Assembly (NCBI GenBank): GCA_025359565.1
Contig: JANYFY010000005.1
Location: forward strand, 19,746-43,745
Source: Gammaproteobacteria bacterium
GTDB lineage: Bacteria > Pseudomonadota > Gammaproteobacteria > Steroidobacterales > Steroidobacteraceae
DNA length: 24,000 bases
Direction: 5' to 3'
The position numbers were made by a program, and so were the translations under genes. The notes beneath the pieces were generated by a model. That model was not told the origin of the DNA. It made no database searches and saw nothing but the letters and a program-made list of their open reading frames with translations. Position 1 is the stretch's first letter. Each line of letters opens with the position of its first letter. Below are positions 22,625 through 24,000 of the stretch, in pieces.

Positions 22625-22666
22625 GCAAGGGCGGACTTACCCAATCGCTTACTCCGATTCGTACTG

Positions 22667-23107
22667 TCAGGGGATGCTTACCTCCACGGGGCAAGGGCTG
22701 CATTCGATTTTCAATAGAGCCGCACGACGCCAATCCATGTCCTTAGAGAAGCATTGGCATTCCTCCATTCGATCGCATGCGTTGACGTTGCCGCGCTCCA
22801 TATTAGATTCTTTTAACTTGGTGCCATCTCGGAATTTCAAGTACGACTCTTGGAGCTGTTCGGCACGCAAATTGACTGGTATTAGTTCATCAATCAATCC
22901 GGCCGCGTGGTATCGAAGAAGCGGAAAATATTTGCAGCAAATGTTTGCGAGCGACATCTGGGATTCGGGATTCTTAACTTGCACATTGGCTGGTAGCGTG
23001 GTGCTCCACGGATCGAGCTTCAGTATTTCGTCGCACGCGCTGTCCGTTTGGTGTTCTTTCGCGAGGTTATCTCGATCTCTTTTTTTTTTGCCTTTTTCCC
23101 TGGACAA
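22667..23107 (-). CDS. Hypothetical 146-aa protein (low-GC cassette, distal ORF)
   Basis: ORF with a TTG start and no SD. It contains an A10 tract (T10 on the plus strand, 23080-23089) at codons 6-10 (KGKKKR). It ends 15 bp from the IS66 right end. I recognise no family, and the coding status is uncertain. Confidence 0.3.
   Translation of the reverse strand: MSREKGKKKRDRDNLAKEHQTDSACDEILKLDPWSTTLPANVQVKNPESQMSLANICCKYFPLLRYHAAGLIDELIPVNLRAEQLQESYLKFRDGTKLKESNMERGNVNACDRMEECQCFSKDMDWRRAALLKIECSPCPVEVSIP
23080..23089. repeat. Homopolymer tract (T10 on plus strand / A10 in the minus-strand ORF)
   Basis: Ten consecutive T at 23080-23089. The present length keeps the 146-codon frame open. Either a +1 or a -1 change terminates within about 20 codons. 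Confidence 0.9.
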
Positions 23108-23135
23108 GCGCTCGATAGCTTAGGGCTTCCAATAT

Positions 23136-23693
23136 CTAATAGAAGTGAACGGATGGGCTCCCGCTCTTAGTTGTAATGATCTGAAAGATCGCCTCGCAGG
23201 GAACCATATGTTCATGCGAAAATCCCTTCAAGCTTGTCACTACTCCCAATTTTATGTGACCGTTAGGGTTTGCTTGTTGCTTGAGGATGCGATACGTCCT
23301 TTTCGTCACAAAATCCACTGTCCGCGCAAAATCCGCTGACTCACTGCTCCACCGTATCAACTTGCTCACAATGAACTTACGCTCGCTGCTCCCGTCCTTT
23401 GCACCACGAACTTTTTCGTTCAATTGCCACCATGTGTCTCTCGCCTCGGTTCGTAGCCATTCTAGAAGTTTGGCGTAGAAGGCAATCTGCGCCTTTCGGT
23501 CGAACAACTCCGATTCAACGGTCGCCGGATCGTCATCACCGCGAAATATTGCTTGGTGCGATGTGCGATTAGGATTGTTTTCGTCTCGAACTCCCTTGCA
23601 GAGGGACTTTCCTGTACGGAGTTTTTGGATGTCCTTTCGGTGAACACTCACCGCGCTAAGTCCTAGAGCCGGTAACATCGCGATCGAGCTCAT
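23136..23693 (-). CDS. Hypothetical protein (~165-185 aa; start ambiguous between 23651, 23678 and 23693)
   Basis: The sequence is protein-like (…RKAQIAFYAKLLEWLRTEARDTWWQLNEKV…RTYRILKQQANPNGHIKLGVV…GFSHEHMVPCEAIF). The ORF-track N-terminus (to 23795) overlaps the upstream small gene and is Ser/Arg-rich, so it is probably not translated. I recognise no family. Confidence 0.45.
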   Translation of the reverse strand: MSSIAMLPALGLSAVSVHRKDIQKLRTGKSLCKGVRDENNPNRTSHQAIFRGDDDPATVESELFDRKAQIAFYAKLLEWLRTEARDTWWQLNEKVRGAKDGSSERKFIVSKLIRWSSESADFARTVDFVTKRTYRILKQQANPNGHIKLGVVTSLKGFSHEHMVPCEAIFQIITTKSGSPSVHFY

Positions 23694-23823
23694 CCATCCA
23701 CAGCCGTTCACCAGCGATGATATTGATGACCGCCTGGTCGAATTCGTCCCGCTGGCTGATCGAAATGTCCGCCTCGACGGGAATGATTTTGGCATGGGGC
23801 GGCAGGCGCGTGACGTTGCTCAT
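23656..23823 (-). CDS. Small hypothetical protein (55 aa), first gene of the low-GC cassette
   Basis: ATG 23823 is preceded by AAGGGA 7 nt upstream. The product is MSNVTRLPPHAKIIPVEADISISQRDEFDQAVINIIAGERLWMDELDRDVTGSRT. Its size and position suit an antitoxin or regulator, but I recognise no motif. Confidence 0.4.
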   Translation of the reverse strand: MSNVTRLPPHAKIIPVEADISISQRDEFDQAVINIIAGERLWMDELDRDVTGSRT

Positions 23824-24000
23824 GTTATTTTCCCTTATTTTCCTCATATCTTGTCGTCGCCTCAAGGGGTCGTCCCTGCCCAAAACAGCTGCCCGCGACG
23901 GATGTGTATGTATGTGAGCTCCTCAATTTCTCATCTTGCCGGACGTAGCACTGGCCGCGCCAGCCCAAAGCAGCTGTCACGGTCGGCGCTTAGGACCTTT

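Larger units (their letters stand above)
21692..22652 (+). mobile_element. IS66-family element, internally deleted and rearranged (961 bp between matching terminal inverted repeats)
   Basis: The left end GTAAGCGACCGGGTAAGTACGCCCTGCC (21692-) pairs with the reverse complement of the right end, GTAAGCGATTGGGTAAGTCCGCCCTTGCC (-22652). Inside are a frameshifted tnpA, the first 10 codons of tnpB (GTGA overlap at 22138-22141, VIVTGVRPAY*), an inverted tnpC 3' piece and a direct tnpC 3' piece. No 8-bp target duplication is present (TTCTTTGC vs TCCGATTC). Confidence 0.8.

Noticed and set aside
23107-23140. Possible frameshift fusion of the 219-aa and 146-aa minus-strand ORFs into one gene
   Set aside because: The upstream frame stops at 23136-23138, while the downstream frame stays closed until a TAA at 23120-23122. 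No single +/-1 shift joins them.
1-24000. CRISPR arrays, tRNA/rRNA genes, integrase genes and riboswitches
   Set aside because: I saw no regularly spaced repeat-spacer structure, no cloverleaf-like or rRNA-like segment and no tyrosine or serine recombinase ORF. The only periodic repeats are the cre-tag array and short tandem duplications. This was a scan by eye only, so tRNAscan or Infernal would be needed to be definitive.

Overview
The window splits into two parts. Bases 1-15,680 look like ordinary GC-rich proteobacterial chromosome. They carry a 5'-truncated metallohydrolase, a Tat-exported amidohydrolase, a TonB-dependent receptor, a threonine aldolase and a complete creB-creC-creD locus. 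Four 11-bp-phased cre-tag repeats sit in front of creD. A secreted alpha/beta hydrolase, a vapBC toxin-antitoxin pair and a two-gene betaine-type ABC importer follow. From about 15,690 to the right edge the sequence is an accessory island rich in toxin-antitoxin and abortive-infection genes, with IS66 debris throughout. Reading left to right it holds: (i) a four-ORF minus-strand cassette (HTH, 137 aa, 91 aa, 366 aa) that I cannot place beyond the HTH; (ii) a divergent Phd/YefM plus MazF/PemK-like pair; (iii) a PIN remnant cut by an IS66 end and a mosaic of transposase fragments; (iv) a minimal nucleotidyltransferase-fold gene overlapping an XRE-HTH gene by 4 bp; (v) a YhcG/DUF1016 remnant; (vi) an AbiEi antitoxin with an AbiEii toxin truncated by an IS66 left end; (vii) a 961-bp IS66 deletion derivative; (viii) a low-GC three-ORF cassette of unknown function. 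The best candidates for an undescribed system are the four-ORF cassette (15688-17747) and the NTase/XRE pair (19566-20587). Several structural scars are also notable: a 24-bp direct repeat bracketing 4.7 kb, 98-bp inverted IS66 ends bracketing 3.7 kb, and a 53-bp vapC fragment copied upstream of vapB. I saw no rRNA, tRNA or CRISPR array. All family calls come from motif recognition by eye, not from database searches.
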